A stretch of DNA of 54,742 nucleotides from the sequence record SRR22947727_354. One strand, written 5' to 3'. The notes under the pieces are model-generated. The model did not search any database. It saw only the letters and a program-made list of their open reading frames with translations, and was not told the origin of the DNA. Shown piece after piece: positions 1 to 8,835 of the stretch. Made by a program: the position numbers and the translations under genes. Numbering within the stretch: the stretch's first letter is position 1; each line of letters begins with the position of its first letter.

Positions 1-48
1 TCAGGCATCAAATCAGGCATCAAATCAGGCGCCCAATCAAGCGCGTAA
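1..48 (+). repeat. 12-bp tandem repeat (TCAGGCATCAAA x2 plus 2 degenerate copies), in frame in proC (QASN-QASN-QAPN-QARN)
   Basis: Direct reading of positions 1-48. Confidence 0.85.
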
Positions 49-427
49 TCTGGCAAGCCAGCTTTTGGCGGCTGTCGGGCAGGTTGTGCATGTTCAAGAT
101 GAAGCCCTGATGGATGGCGTTACCGCCTTGTCCGGATCAGGGCCTGCCTATGTGTTTTTGCTGGTCGAAGCCATGACCGAGGCAGGCATCAAAGCAGGGC
201 TTCCCGATGATTTGGCAGCTGAATTGGCAAAGGCAACGGTTTGCGGGGCTGGCGCGCTGATGGCGGCGGTTGATACAGCACCTGCTATTTTGCGTGAGAA
301 TGTGACAAGCCAAGGCGGTACAACGGCGGCGGCACTGGCGGTTTTGATGGCCGATGACGGGTTGACAAGTCTGACGACAAAGGCGGTTGCCGCGGCAAAA
401 GCGCGATCAATCGAACTTGGCGAATAG
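1..427 (+). CDS. proC: Pyrroline-5-carboxylate reductase, 5'-truncated by window edge
   Basis: Frame open from position 2; motifs TALSGSGPAYVF and LRENVTSQGGTT. Confidence 0.95.
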   Translation, partial: QASNQASNQAPNQARNLASQLLAAVGQVVHVQDEALMDGVTALSGSGPAYVFLLVEAMTEAGIKAGLPDDLAAELAKATVCGAGALMAAVDTAPAILRENVTSQGGTTAAALAVLMADDGLTSLTTKAVAAAKARSIELGE

Positions 428-553
428 GCCAAAAGATGGCCAAAATATCCTCAATTTAGATTCCATGCTGAATCTGTGCTATATTCGTCGTATCTGCTGA
501 ATGGCGCCATCGTCTGTTCAGACTGTTTTAGAATTTTATGAAAAGGATGTCTG

Positions 554-1237
554 ATGTTGCAGGATTCTGCCTCGCCGCACTCAAATGATGAAAAACGCGC
601 CGCGCTTGCCGATGCGGCATGGGCACTTTTGGCCACGCATGATATCGATAAGATTGGCCTTGATATGGTTGCCGATATGGCAGGTACTGACCATGGTTTG
701 GCAGGCGCGCTTGGCGGCAATGTGCAAAGGCTGGTTCTGGCCAAGATGGCCGCGCTGGATCACCAATCAGTCATGGAAAGTTTTGACGATATTGAAGATG
801 CTGGCGAGGTATCTATTCGTGAGAAAATCATCGAAGGCCTGCTTCACCGATTTGAAACCTATGCCCCATATCGCGCGCAGATCGATCAGTTGAACCGGTC
901 GGCGCGCCGCCATCCTGAATTGGCGTTGCGTTTGCTTGATGGGCTGGAAGCCGTGGTGTGGCGTGTTCTGGTGATGGCTGGTGATCCGGCGCAGGGGCTA
1001 AAAGGCATGTTGCGGGTCAAAGGGGTTGTTGCGGTATTTTTGGCAACGGCGCGCGTTTGGATGAAAGATGACAGTCCTGATCTTGCAGCAACGATGAAAA
1101 TGCTCGATCAACGGATGGTGAAAGCCGAAGAATGGGGCGTCAGCCTTCGCCTGTTTGGCGGCAAGCATGGCGATCACGCCGATCAAGATCATCATGATGA
1201 CGCATCGGTGGGGCGGTATGGAGTTGATAATGACTGA
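554..1237 (+). CDS. TetR-like helical protein, probable transcriptional regulator
   Basis: N-terminal TetR-like HTH region (ALADAAWALLATHDIDKIGLDMVADMAG); C-terminal WMKDDSPDLAATMKMLD motif typical of alphaproteobacterial TetR-like proteins next to proC. Confidence 0.7.
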   Translation: MLQDSASPHSNDEKRAALADAAWALLATHDIDKIGLDMVADMAGTDHGLAGALGGNVQRLVLAKMAALDHQSVMESFDDIEDAGEVSIREKIIEGLLHRFETYAPYRAQIDQLNRSARRHPELALRLLDGLEAVVWRVLVMAGDPAQGLKGMLRVKGVVAVFLATARVWMKDDSPDLAATMKMLDQRMVKAEEWGVSLRLFGGKHGDHADQDHHDDASVGRYGVDND

Positions 1238-1568
1238 GGCGTCATTCGAAGATTTTCTGAAACTCGATATCAGATGCGGAACGATTGTTGCGGCCATGCC
1301 TTTTCCCGAAGCGCGCAAACCCGCCTATAAGTTGGAGATTGATTTTGGCGCGCCGCTGGGAACGCGCAAATCATCCGCGCAAATCACCACCCATTACCAG
1401 CTAGATGAATTGATTGGCAAAAAAGTCATGGCTGTGGTTAATTTTCCACCGCGCCAGATTGGGCCATTTATGTCAGAAGTCTTGACGCTTGGCGTGCCGG
1501 ATGCCGCAGGCGAGGTCGTGCTGGTCATGCCAGATCAGCCGGTGCCAGATGGTGGAAAACTGTTTTAG
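1230..1568 (+). CDS. csaA: tRNA-binding protein / chaperone CsaA
   Basis: ATG at 1230; FEDFLKLDIRCGTI, KSSAQIT, VVNFPPRQIG motifs. Confidence 0.92.
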   Translation: MTEASFEDFLKLDIRCGTIVAAMPFPEARKPAYKLEIDFGAPLGTRKSSAQITTHYQLDELIGKKVMAVVNFPPRQIGPFMSEVLTLGVPDAAGEVVLVMPDQPVPDGGKLF

Positions 1569-2884
1569 ACAGGTAATTTGATCGCAACACGAAGCCCGCC
1601 AAGCGGCGAGTCACCAAGCGTTAGCTCGCCGCCATGGCTTAGGATCACATCACTGGTAATCGACAGGCCAAGACCGGCACCGCCGGTGCGTCGGTTGCGG
1701 GATTCCTCAAGCCGGATAAAGGGGCGAATTGCATCGGCGCGGCGTTCTTGGGGAATGCCAGCACCATTATCATCAAAGGTAATGATTACCTCATCATTGC
1801 GCATGTGGATTGCCACAATGGTTTTGGTTGAATAGCGAATGGCATTGGAAATGATGTTGGAAAAGGCGCGCTGGATGGCATTGCGCCGCATCGGGAACGC
1901 TGGAATCTCATCCTTGACCGGTGATAGGGTGATATCAAATTTGTGGCTTTTTTGCGCTTGTGTCACCAGCCGATTTAAAAGCTCATCAACCGCCAATTCT
2001 TGCGGAGCCTCGTCACCTTCGCCAGCGGCAAAGGCAAGGTAGCCGTCAATCATTTCTTCCATCTCGCTGATATCGCTGCTGATGGCTTTGGTATCTTCAT
2101 TATTGGTCATCAAGGCCAATTGAAGACGCATGCGAGTCAGTGGCGTGCGTAAATCATGGCTAACGCCGGCAAGCATTTCGGTGCGTTCATTCAATTGCCG
2201 CATGATTCGATAGCGCATTGCTTGAAAGGCGCGGCCAGCAAGCCGAACCTCGCGCGCCCCTTCAAGCCGGTAATCGGGGGCAGCGCGCCCAAGCCCAAGC
2301 TGGCGTGCCGCTGCGGCCAAACGATGGATTGGGCGCACCTGTCCGCGAAGAAACATCAAGGCAATGCCAAACAGAATGATTGAACTGCCAACCGTCCAAC
2401 CAATAAAGGTCCAGCTTGTTGAGCTAAAGATTCGTTTACGACCTGCATAAATCCGCAAAACGCCATTTTCCATTTGCAGAGCAATGAAAATCAAATTTGG
2501 GTCTGTGCTGATATCAAGAATCCAGGGCAATTTGATCTGTCGTTTCAATTCCCGCCGAAGCATGGTTTCGGCATAGGTTTCCGGTGGGGCAATCGAGGTG
2601 GCAGGCAAAACCGCACCCGCCTGAAAATCGATCGGAAAGCTGAAATATTGCCAGCCTTTTTCGGTGATGGCCGTGATGCTGTCAGGATCCGGATTGGTGC
2701 CGATATCACTAACCAGCAAGGCCATTTCGCCAGCTAGGTTTTGCGCCATATGGCGGGTAACGGTATCCCAGTGACGTTCATAGAAAATGAAAACGGTGAT
2801 GACCTGCACAAAAATCATCGGCACCAAAATGATTGACAGCATGCGGCCAAACAGGGTTTTGGGAAGAAATTCGCGCAATTGCAT
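1565..2884 (-). CDS. EnvZ-like sensor histidine kinase
   Basis: Two TM segments, HAMP domain, H-box GVSHDLRTPL, N/G boxes (NAIRY, DNGAGI, GAGLGL). Confidence 0.93.
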   Translation of the reverse strand: MQLREFLPKTLFGRMLSIILVPMIFVQVITVFIFYERHWDTVTRHMAQNLAGEMALLVSDIGTNPDPDSITAITEKGWQYFSFPIDFQAGAVLPATSIAPPETYAETMLRRELKRQIKLPWILDISTDPNLIFIALQMENGVLRIYAGRKRIFSSTSWTFIGWTVGSSIILFGIALMFLRGQVRPIHRLAAAARQLGLGRAAPDYRLEGAREVRLAGRAFQAMRYRIMRQLNERTEMLAGVSHDLRTPLTRMRLQLALMTNNEDTKAISSDISEMEEMIDGYLAFAAGEGDEAPQELAVDELLNRLVTQAQKSHKFDITLSPVKDEIPAFPMRRNAIQRAFSNIISNAIRYSTKTIVAIHMRNDEVIITFDDNGAGIPQERRADAIRPFIRLEESRNRRTGGAGLGLSITSDVILSHGGELTLGDSPLGGLRVAIKLPV

Positions 2885-2896
2885 GATCAGCCCTGC

Positions 2897-3592
2897 CTAA
2901 CGTTTTGGTGAAGCAGTGTCGGTGCGCAGCATCCAGCCGCGGTTCCGCACAGTTTGCAGGTAAACAGGATGGCGCGGGTTAGGCTCTAGCTTGCGGCGAA
3001 GTCGGGCAACAGCCACATCAATTGACCGGCCTTCCATGCGCCCATCAAGCGCTGCACCAAGATCGTCACGCGATAGGATTTGATTGGGGCGTTTGCCAAA
3101 ACTGGTCAAAAGCTGTTGTTCGGCGGTTGTGATATGCAGCCGGTCGCCTGATTTCGATAACATGCCGGTATCGGGATCAAACAGAAAGGGGCCAAAATTG
3201 ATTTGCATGTCAAAATGGTCACTGCTGCGGTTGCGCTGGAGAATACGTTTGATCCGCAGCACAAGTTCGCGCGGCTCAAACGGCTTTGACATATAGTCAT
3301 CAGCGCCGGCTTCTAGCCCCTCAATGCGGTTTTCCGTATCCGACATTGCTGTCAGAAACAGCGCAGGCACGGCATTGTCTTTGCGAATATCAGCCAGAAA
3401 TTCAAGCCCTGTCTCACCGGGCATCATGATATCGACAACCAAAAGATCGAAGGCAACGCCTTGCAGAATTTTGCGCGCTTCGCTGGCATTGCCAGCATCA
3501 GTGACGCGAAAGCCGCTTTCTTCAAGAAACCGGCGAAGCAGAATGCGAAGCCGTTCATCATCATCGATGACAAGGATGTGATGCTCTGACAT
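2897..3592 (-). CDS. OmpR-family response regulator (PetR-like)
   Basis: Receiver domain (ILVIDDD, DIMMPG, KPF) plus winged HTH (RSIDVAVARLRRKLE). Confidence 0.93.
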   Translation of the reverse strand: MSEHHILVIDDDERLRILLRRFLEESGFRVTDAGNASEARKILQGVAFDLLVVDIMMPGETGLEFLADIRKDNAVPALFLTAMSDTENRIEGLEAGADDYMSKPFEPRELVLRIKRILQRNRSSDHFDMQINFGPFLFDPDTGMLSKSGDRLHITTAEQQLLTSFGKRPNQILSRDDLGAALDGRMEGRSIDVAVARLRRKLEPNPRHPVYLQTVRNRGWMLRTDTASPKR

Positions 3593-3640
3593 AAAGCCCC
3601 TCTATGATTGAATGCTGGGTTAAGTGAATTTAAAGCTCGT

Positions 3641-3696
3641 CAATTCAACTCAATTTCAAGTCAATTCAATTTAGCGCAATCCAATTTAGCGCAATT
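3641..3696. repeat. Intergenic tandem repeat: CAATTTAGCGCAAT at 3667 and 3682 (15-bp period), preceded by degenerate CAATT(C/T)AA units
   Basis: Direct reading. Confidence 0.75.
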
Positions 3697-3732
3697 CTGG
3701 TCATTTCGATTCGACTGGCGCAATAATCGTAA

Positions 3733-4233
3733 TCAGATGTCACTTGCCTGGTCTTGCTGGGCGATCTGGTCAATCGTATCGCTGTCGAGTAATCCTCGCA
3801 ATACCCGTTGGAAGCCATCAACTGCATCACCACCGGCTTCACGATAGGCAGCGGCAAAACGGCGCCCCTGCAACGAGGTTAGGCGTGATTCAAGCGCGAT
3901 GCCGGTTTCGGTAAGATATAGCAAACGCTGGCGGCGATCAGTTGCCCCCGGTTTTTGCGTGACATAGCCATCTTGCATTAACCAAGACAGAACACGCGAC
4001 AAGCTTTGTTTGGTGATGCAAAGGATGGTCAAAAGATCACTAACCGTGATTCCGGGATTGCGACCAATAAAATAGATTGCCCGATGATGCGCGCGCCCCA
4101 TATTCTGTTCGGCAAGAATCGAGTCGGCTTCACCGGTGAAATCGCGGTAAGCGAAAAACATCAATTCAATGCCGCGGCGCAATTCTTCTTCGCGGAGAAA
4201 AAGAGCCTTGCCAATTGGTTTTACGTCAGCCAT
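3733..4233 (-). CDS. MarR-family transcriptional regulator (PetP-like)
   Basis: ATG at 4233 (MADVKPIG); ITKQSLSRVL HTH and DRRQRLLYLT wing; upstream of the OmpR/EnvZ pair. Confidence 0.9.
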   Translation of the reverse strand: MADVKPIGKALFLREEELRRGIELMFFAYRDFTGEADSILAEQNMGRAHHRAIYFIGRNPGITVSDLLTILCITKQSLSRVLSWLMQDGYVTQKPGATDRRQRLLYLTETGIALESRLTSLQGRRFAAAYREAGGDAVDGFQRVLRGLLDSDTIDQIAQQDQASDI

Positions 4234-4354
4234 GTTGACCAATATAGAATGTAAGTGGTAAAAAAGACATCTAGTCTTTAGCATGAAATGGCCGAAATGG
4301 AACCATTTAAATTCGTGAGATAAACGCTTTGGCTGTTTTTAGGGAGAGCAGGAT

Positions 4355-5230
4355 ATGGCATTGATTCCGTTTGATGATCGCGATGGTAGCATTTGGATGG
4401 ATGGCGAAATTGTGCCATGGCGTGACGCAAAAGCGCATACGTTAAGTCACGGGCTGCATTATGCCAGTCTGGTGTTCGAAGGCGAGCGCGTCTATGCCGG
4501 TAAAATCTTCAAAGGGCGCGAACATACGGTTCGGCTCCGCCAATCAAGCAAATTGTTGGATTTTGATCTGCCGATTTCAGATGATGCGGTGGATGCTGCC
4601 AAACAGGCGGTTATCGAAGCCAATAACATTGTTGATGGTTATGTGCGGGCCTATTGTTGGCGCGGTTCCGAAATGATGGCGATTTCAGCGCAGCAAACAA
4701 CCGCGCATCTGGCGATTGCTGCATGGGAATGGCCAAGCTATTTTGACCCTGAAACCAAAATGAAGGGAATTACGCTTGATATTGCGAGCTGGAAACGGCC
4801 ATCGCCCGAATCAGCACCGGTTCATGCCAAGGCAGCGGGTCTTTATATGATTTGCACGCTGTCGAAACATGAGGCTGAGCGCAAGGGCTTTCAAGATGCA
4901 TTGATGATGGATTATCGCGGCTATGTTGCCGAAGCTACCGGCGCCAATGTGTTTTTTGTTGATGATGCCGGCACGCTTCATACACCGATTGCCGATTGTT
5001 TCTTGAATGGCATCACGCGCCAAAGCGTGATTTCGATGGCCAAATCAATGCAAATTGAAGTGGTCGAACGGCACATTAAGCCAGATGAGTTAGGCGCAAT
5101 GCGGGAATGTTTTTTAACCGGCACAGCAGCCGAGGTTACGCCGGTTTCCAGAATCGGTGACCATCAATTCACTCCGGGTGAAATTTGCCGCAAAATGGTT
5201 GAAGGCTATAGCGCATTGGTTCACGCCTAA
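4355..5230 (+). CDS. ilvE: Branched-chain amino acid aminotransferase
   Basis: HGLHYASLVFEG, AKAAGLY (PLP Lys), EATGAN, LNGITR, GTAAEV motifs. Confidence 0.95.
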   Translation: MALIPFDDRDGSIWMDGEIVPWRDAKAHTLSHGLHYASLVFEGERVYAGKIFKGREHTVRLRQSSKLLDFDLPISDDAVDAAKQAVIEANNIVDGYVRAYCWRGSEMMAISAQQTTAHLAIAAWEWPSYFDPETKMKGITLDIASWKRPSPESAPVHAKAAGLYMICTLSKHEAERKGFQDALMMDYRGYVAEATGANVFFVDDAGTLHTPIADCFLNGITRQSVISMAKSMQIEVVERHIKPDELGAMRECFLTGTAAEVTPVSRIGDHQFTPGEICRKMVEGYSALVHA

Positions 5231-5263
5231 TTGATCCAACGTCCGAAATGATCTGAAGATTGC

Positions 5264-5298
5264 AAAAGCCACGAACCGCATGCGGTTGGTGGCTTTTT
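5264..5298. terminator. Bidirectional intrinsic terminator between convergent ilvE and moaD
   Basis: Inverted repeat AAAAGCCAC-GAACCGCATGCGGTT-GGTGGCTTTTT with A/T tails. Confidence 0.8.
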
Positions 5299-5299
5299 C

Positions 5300-5551
5300 T
5301 TAGCCGCCGGTAACGGGCGGGAAAAAGGCAACTTCGTCACGATCGCCAATCGGCGTGGCAAGGTCACCATAAACACGGTTGACCGCAACCCGAACCGCAT
5401 CAAGATTTTGTAAAGCGGTTTTATGACCAGCTGATTTACATGTGATATGCGGGATCAGGGCGCCAACAGTATCAACGCCATCTGGGATCGGCATATCCTC
5501 AAATGAACAGCCGGTATGTTCCTTTAGCCATGCAAAATACATAATTTTCAT
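5300..5551 (-). CDS. moaD: Molybdopterin synthase sulfur carrier subunit
   Basis: MKIMYFAWLKE start; C-terminal DEVAFFPPVTGG. Confidence 0.95.
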   Translation of the reverse strand: MKIMYFAWLKEHTGCSFEDMPIPDGVDTVGALIPHITCKSAGHKTALQNLDAVRVAVNRVYGDLATPIGDRDEVAFFPPVTGG

Positions 5552-5680
5552 TATCTATGGTCTCATTTATCATTGTTGGGCAGTCGGTAATCACGAAGCT
5601 GCCAATTTTTGCCTTGCTATGATTCAACAGCCAATGCGGCCAATCAAGGCCTAATCGTGATTTTGCGGTAATGATGCAGC

Positions 5681-6250
5681 CTAGCGAAGACTATTTACAT
5701 GCCCCAAGGCACCCCTGACATAGCCTGACCCTGTCTGCACGGTCAGAATTGCGGCAATCCATAAAAGGATTAGCCCAATCTCATGCGCGAAAGGAAAGCC
5801 CGGAAAGCCCGGCGCACCCATCAAAAAGCCAAGCGCCAGAATCTGCGCGGTTGTTTTCCATTTAGCAAGCTTGGTGACGGGTGCTGATACATTTTGTTTC
5901 GCCAGATATTCGCGCAATCCCGAAATCATAAATTCACGAATGAGAATTATCAAAGCTGGTACCAAAAACATCCATCCACTTGTTTGCACACTGGCAAGCG
6001 CCAGCAATACCGCCGCGATCAGCAATTTATCGGCGATGGGATCCAACATCTCGCCAAACGGCGATTCAACTTTAAGCCGCCGCGCAATATAGCCGTCAAC
6101 ATAATCGGTGAGGCTGGCGATTGTATAGAGATAGAGCGCCAATTGGTAATAGAATGGCGCGACGTCACTCCAGATCAAAACCGCAATCAGCGGTGTGATG
6201 GCAATGCGCATAACGGTCATCCAATTTGGAAGCGAAGCAAGTGTAAACAT
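5681..6250 (-). CDS. pgsA: CDP-diacylglycerol--glycerol-3-phosphate 3-phosphatidyltransferase
   Basis: CDP-alcohol phosphotransferase motif DYVDGYIARR...GEMLDPIADK; follows uvrC. Confidence 0.95.
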   Translation of the reverse strand: MFTLASLPNWMTVMRIAITPLIAVLIWSDVAPFYYQLALYLYTIASLTDYVDGYIARRLKVESPFGEMLDPIADKLLIAAVLLALASVQTSGWMFLVPALIILIREFMISGLREYLAKQNVSAPVTKLAKWKTTAQILALGFLMGAPGFPGFPFAHEIGLILLWIAAILTVQTGSGYVRGALGHVNSLR

Positions 6251-6331
6251 GAATGCGCCTGCGATCCTTTGCGAAAAGCCTTGTTTATAATTTAGCCCTT
6301 ACAGATGGTTCAGGTGAACCAACTGGACTAT

Positions 6332-8227
6332 TTAAGAGCCACTATAGAACCAATCATAGATTTGTTGAGCATATTTTTTCGAAATTCCCTCAACCGCTTC
6401 TAAATCGCTAAGCCCAGCGGCAGAAACCGCGCGCGCCGAGCCAAAATGCGCCAAAAGTGCCTTTTTGCGTTTTGGCCCAATGCCCGGAACCGCGTCTAAC
6501 GGATTGGTGAATTCGGTCTTGGTTCGTTTGGCGCGATGCGTGCCGATGGCATAGCGATGTGATTCGTCACGAAGCCGTTGCAGAAAATGCATTGCTGCGC
6601 TGTCGGGTGCAAGGGTAAAGCTGGCGCGGCCACGGATATGAAATTGTTCGCGTCCGGCATGCCGGTCAGGCCCTTTTGAAATGGCAACAACGTTTAGATC
6701 AACAAGCCCAAGATCATCAAGTGCCTCATGCACGGCCGATAGCTGGCCAACGCCGCCATCAATCAACAGCAAATCAGGCCAATTGCCCGACTGCCGGTCG
6801 GCATCTTCTTTCAAGGCGCGTGAAAATCGCCGATGGATCACCTGCCGCATCATGGCAAAATCATCACCAATGGCCGTTGCAAATTTGCCTTCATCCTTGA
6901 TGTTAAAGCGGCGATAGGCGCCCTTTTCGAAACCTTCTGGTCCCGCAACAACCATGCCGCCAACCGCATGTTTGCCTTGAATATGCGAATTATCATAAAT
7001 TTCAATGCGCGTTGGTGGTTTACCCAGATCAAGCGCGGCTGCCAGTTCGCGCAAAAGACGGCGTTGTGATGATGCGTTGGCAAGATGGCGGGCAAGCGCT
7101 TCTTCGGCATTTTTAAGCGCCATTGTTGTGACTTTGCGCCGATTGCCGCGCATTGGACAGCTAAGCGTGACCTTATGGCCTGCATTACGGGTCAATGCCT
7201 CGCTTAACAGGCGGTGACCTTCGGGCATTTCGCTAAGCATGATTTTGGCAGGCGGTTCTTTATCTTCATAAAATTGGCCGATAAAGGCACCAATCACCTC
7301 ATGGGCTGGGGTATCAGCAAGATGCGTCAGAAAATAGGACCGGTTGCCATAATTTGATCCGCCACGGATAAAGAAAATCTGAATGCAGCTTCGCTCGCCA
7401 CTTCGCGCCGCAGCGATGATATCAGCATCACTGACAGTTGGTAGATTGATGTCTTGATTGGCCTGAATACCGGTCAAGGCGCGAATGCGGTTGCGCCAGA
7501 TCGCCGCCGTTTCAAATTCCAGCGTTTCAGCCGCCGCATGCATGCGGGCGGCATATTCACGCTGCACATTGGCGGATTCGCCATTTAGGAAACGGCGGGC
7601 TTGCGCCATTTGCTTGGCGTAATCTTCGCGGCTAACAAGCCCGACACAAGGCCCCGAACAACGTTTGATCTGATATTGCAAACAGGGGCGCGTGCGACTT
7701 GCAAACACATTGTCAGAACAGGTGCGAAGCATAAAGGCGCGGGCAAGGTCGGCCACGGTGCGGTTGACCGATCCGGCCGAGGCAAATGGTCCGAAATAGT
7801 CGCCTTTGCGGTTTTTCCGGCCACGATGTTTGGTCAATTGGCCAAATTCATGATCGTCGGTTAGCAGAATTTGCGGCAGACTTTTATCGTCACGAAGCAG
7901 GATATTATATCGTGGCTGCATTTTCTTGATCAGATTTGATTCAAGCAGCAGCGCTTCGATTTCGGATTTTGTGACAATGACTTCTAATTTTTGGGTTTCG
8001 CCAACCATGCGCATGATCCGGTTGGATAGGCGATTTGGCTGGGTGTAGTTTGTAACGCGGCGAACAAGATTGCGCGCCTTACCAACATAAAGCACCTCGC
8101 CAGCCGCATTTTGCATACGGTAAACCCCGGGCTGACTTGGCAAGGTCTTAAGCTCGGTTTTCAAATAGGCAATACCGCGTTTCAAATTTGGCGGCATGTT
8201 CTGTGCGTCTTCCACTTTATGTCTCAC
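6332..8227 (-). CDS. uvrC: Excinuclease ABC subunit C (alternative start ATG 8197)
   Basis: GIY-YIG region (PGVYRM...LYVGKA), RIEIYDNSH, LIDGG, C-terminal HhH (GIGPKR). Confidence 0.97.
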   Translation of the reverse strand: MRHKVEDAQNMPPNLKRGIAYLKTELKTLPSQPGVYRMQNAAGEVLYVGKARNLVRRVTNYTQPNRLSNRIMRMVGETQKLEVIVTKSEIEALLLESNLIKKMQPRYNILLRDDKSLPQILLTDDHEFGQLTKHRGRKNRKGDYFGPFASAGSVNRTVADLARAFMLRTCSDNVFASRTRPCLQYQIKRCSGPCVGLVSREDYAKQMAQARRFLNGESANVQREYAARMHAAAETLEFETAAIWRNRIRALTGIQANQDINLPTVSDADIIAAARSGERSCIQIFFIRGGSNYGNRSYFLTHLADTPAHEVIGAFIGQFYEDKEPPAKIMLSEMPEGHRLLSEALTRNAGHKVTLSCPMRGNRRKVTTMALKNAEEALARHLANASSQRRLLRELAAALDLGKPPTRIEIYDNSHIQGKHAVGGMVVAGPEGFEKGAYRRFNIKDEGKFATAIGDDFAMMRQVIHRRFSRALKEDADRQSGNWPDLLLIDGGVGQLSAVHEALDDLGLVDLNVVAISKGPDRHAGREQFHIRGRASFTLAPDSAAMHFLQRLRDESHRYAIGTHRAKRTKTEFTNPLDAVPGIGPKRKKALLAHFGSARAVSAAGLSDLEAVEGISKKYAQQIYDWFYSGS

Positions 8228-8524
8228 CTAATGGGGTTTGGCCGCGGTTCTGGCGTTGTTTGCTGGCTTATGATTGCCGAATTCTTGACGGCGGTTTGGT
8301 GCGCGTCCCAACACGAATAGCAGTATAAAAAATTTCCCAAGCAAAGTCATTGCCGCAGTCGGAAATGTGACGATTTTCAAATCATGCCAATGATCCTCGA
8401 CCTCGATTCATTAGTGACCGATCGATGATTTGCGCCGGAATACAAGGATATGGTTGCTGCCTTGCGGCGCAAATGCGGAATTTGCGAATCAGCTAGATTT
8501 CATCTTCGGAAAAGGTTGAAATTG

Positions 8525-8559
8525 TTTTCCCCGATTGCTGTGGATAAACCTGTGGAAAA
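8525..8559. promoter_or_regulatory. Cluster of three DnaA boxes (DARS-like core)
   Basis: TTTTCCCCG (8525-8533, 2 mismatches to TTWTNCACA), 5 bp, TGTGGATAA (8539-8547, perfect, reverse), 3 bp, TGTGGAAAA (8551-8559, fits reverse TTWTNCACA). Confidence 0.75.
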
Positions 8560-8609
8560 ACCCCTAAATTTTTTTACGGCGTACTGTTTTTCTACGAAAA
8601 ATTACCCTT

Positions 8610-8660
8610 TGCCTAAAAAATAGGCATAAAATTAAAATTAAATTAATACAGATAGTTAAC
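8610..8660. promoter_or_regulatory. Palindrome TGCCTA-AAAAA-TAGGCA (Fis-like) followed by an AT-rich tract with an IHF-like site
   Basis: Perfect 6-bp inverted repeat at 8610-8626; ATACAGATAGTTA (8646-8658) has 2 mismatches to WATCARNNNNTTR and an upstream A/T tract. Confidence 0.5.
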
Positions 8661-8835
8661 ATATTTCAAGGGCAAAAAGACGTTCAATCGGCGTAAATTC
8701 TAAAGCCAGCTAACCGAATCAAGGCATTTTTGCAGAACTTGTGCAAAACCACTGGCGATTAGCCGCTGTTTTACAGTGATTTTTGCAATTGGCGCAAAGC
8801 GGTGTGACACCTTGGTTCTTTGGCTTTTATCAGCT

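Noticed and set aside
8228-8835. Calling the uvrB-uvrC spacer the replication origin
   Set aside because: Only one tight three-box cluster, no dnaA/hemE/parAB context, and no skew switch evident by eye. A DARS-like reading fits better; whole-genome skew is needed to exclude oriC fully.
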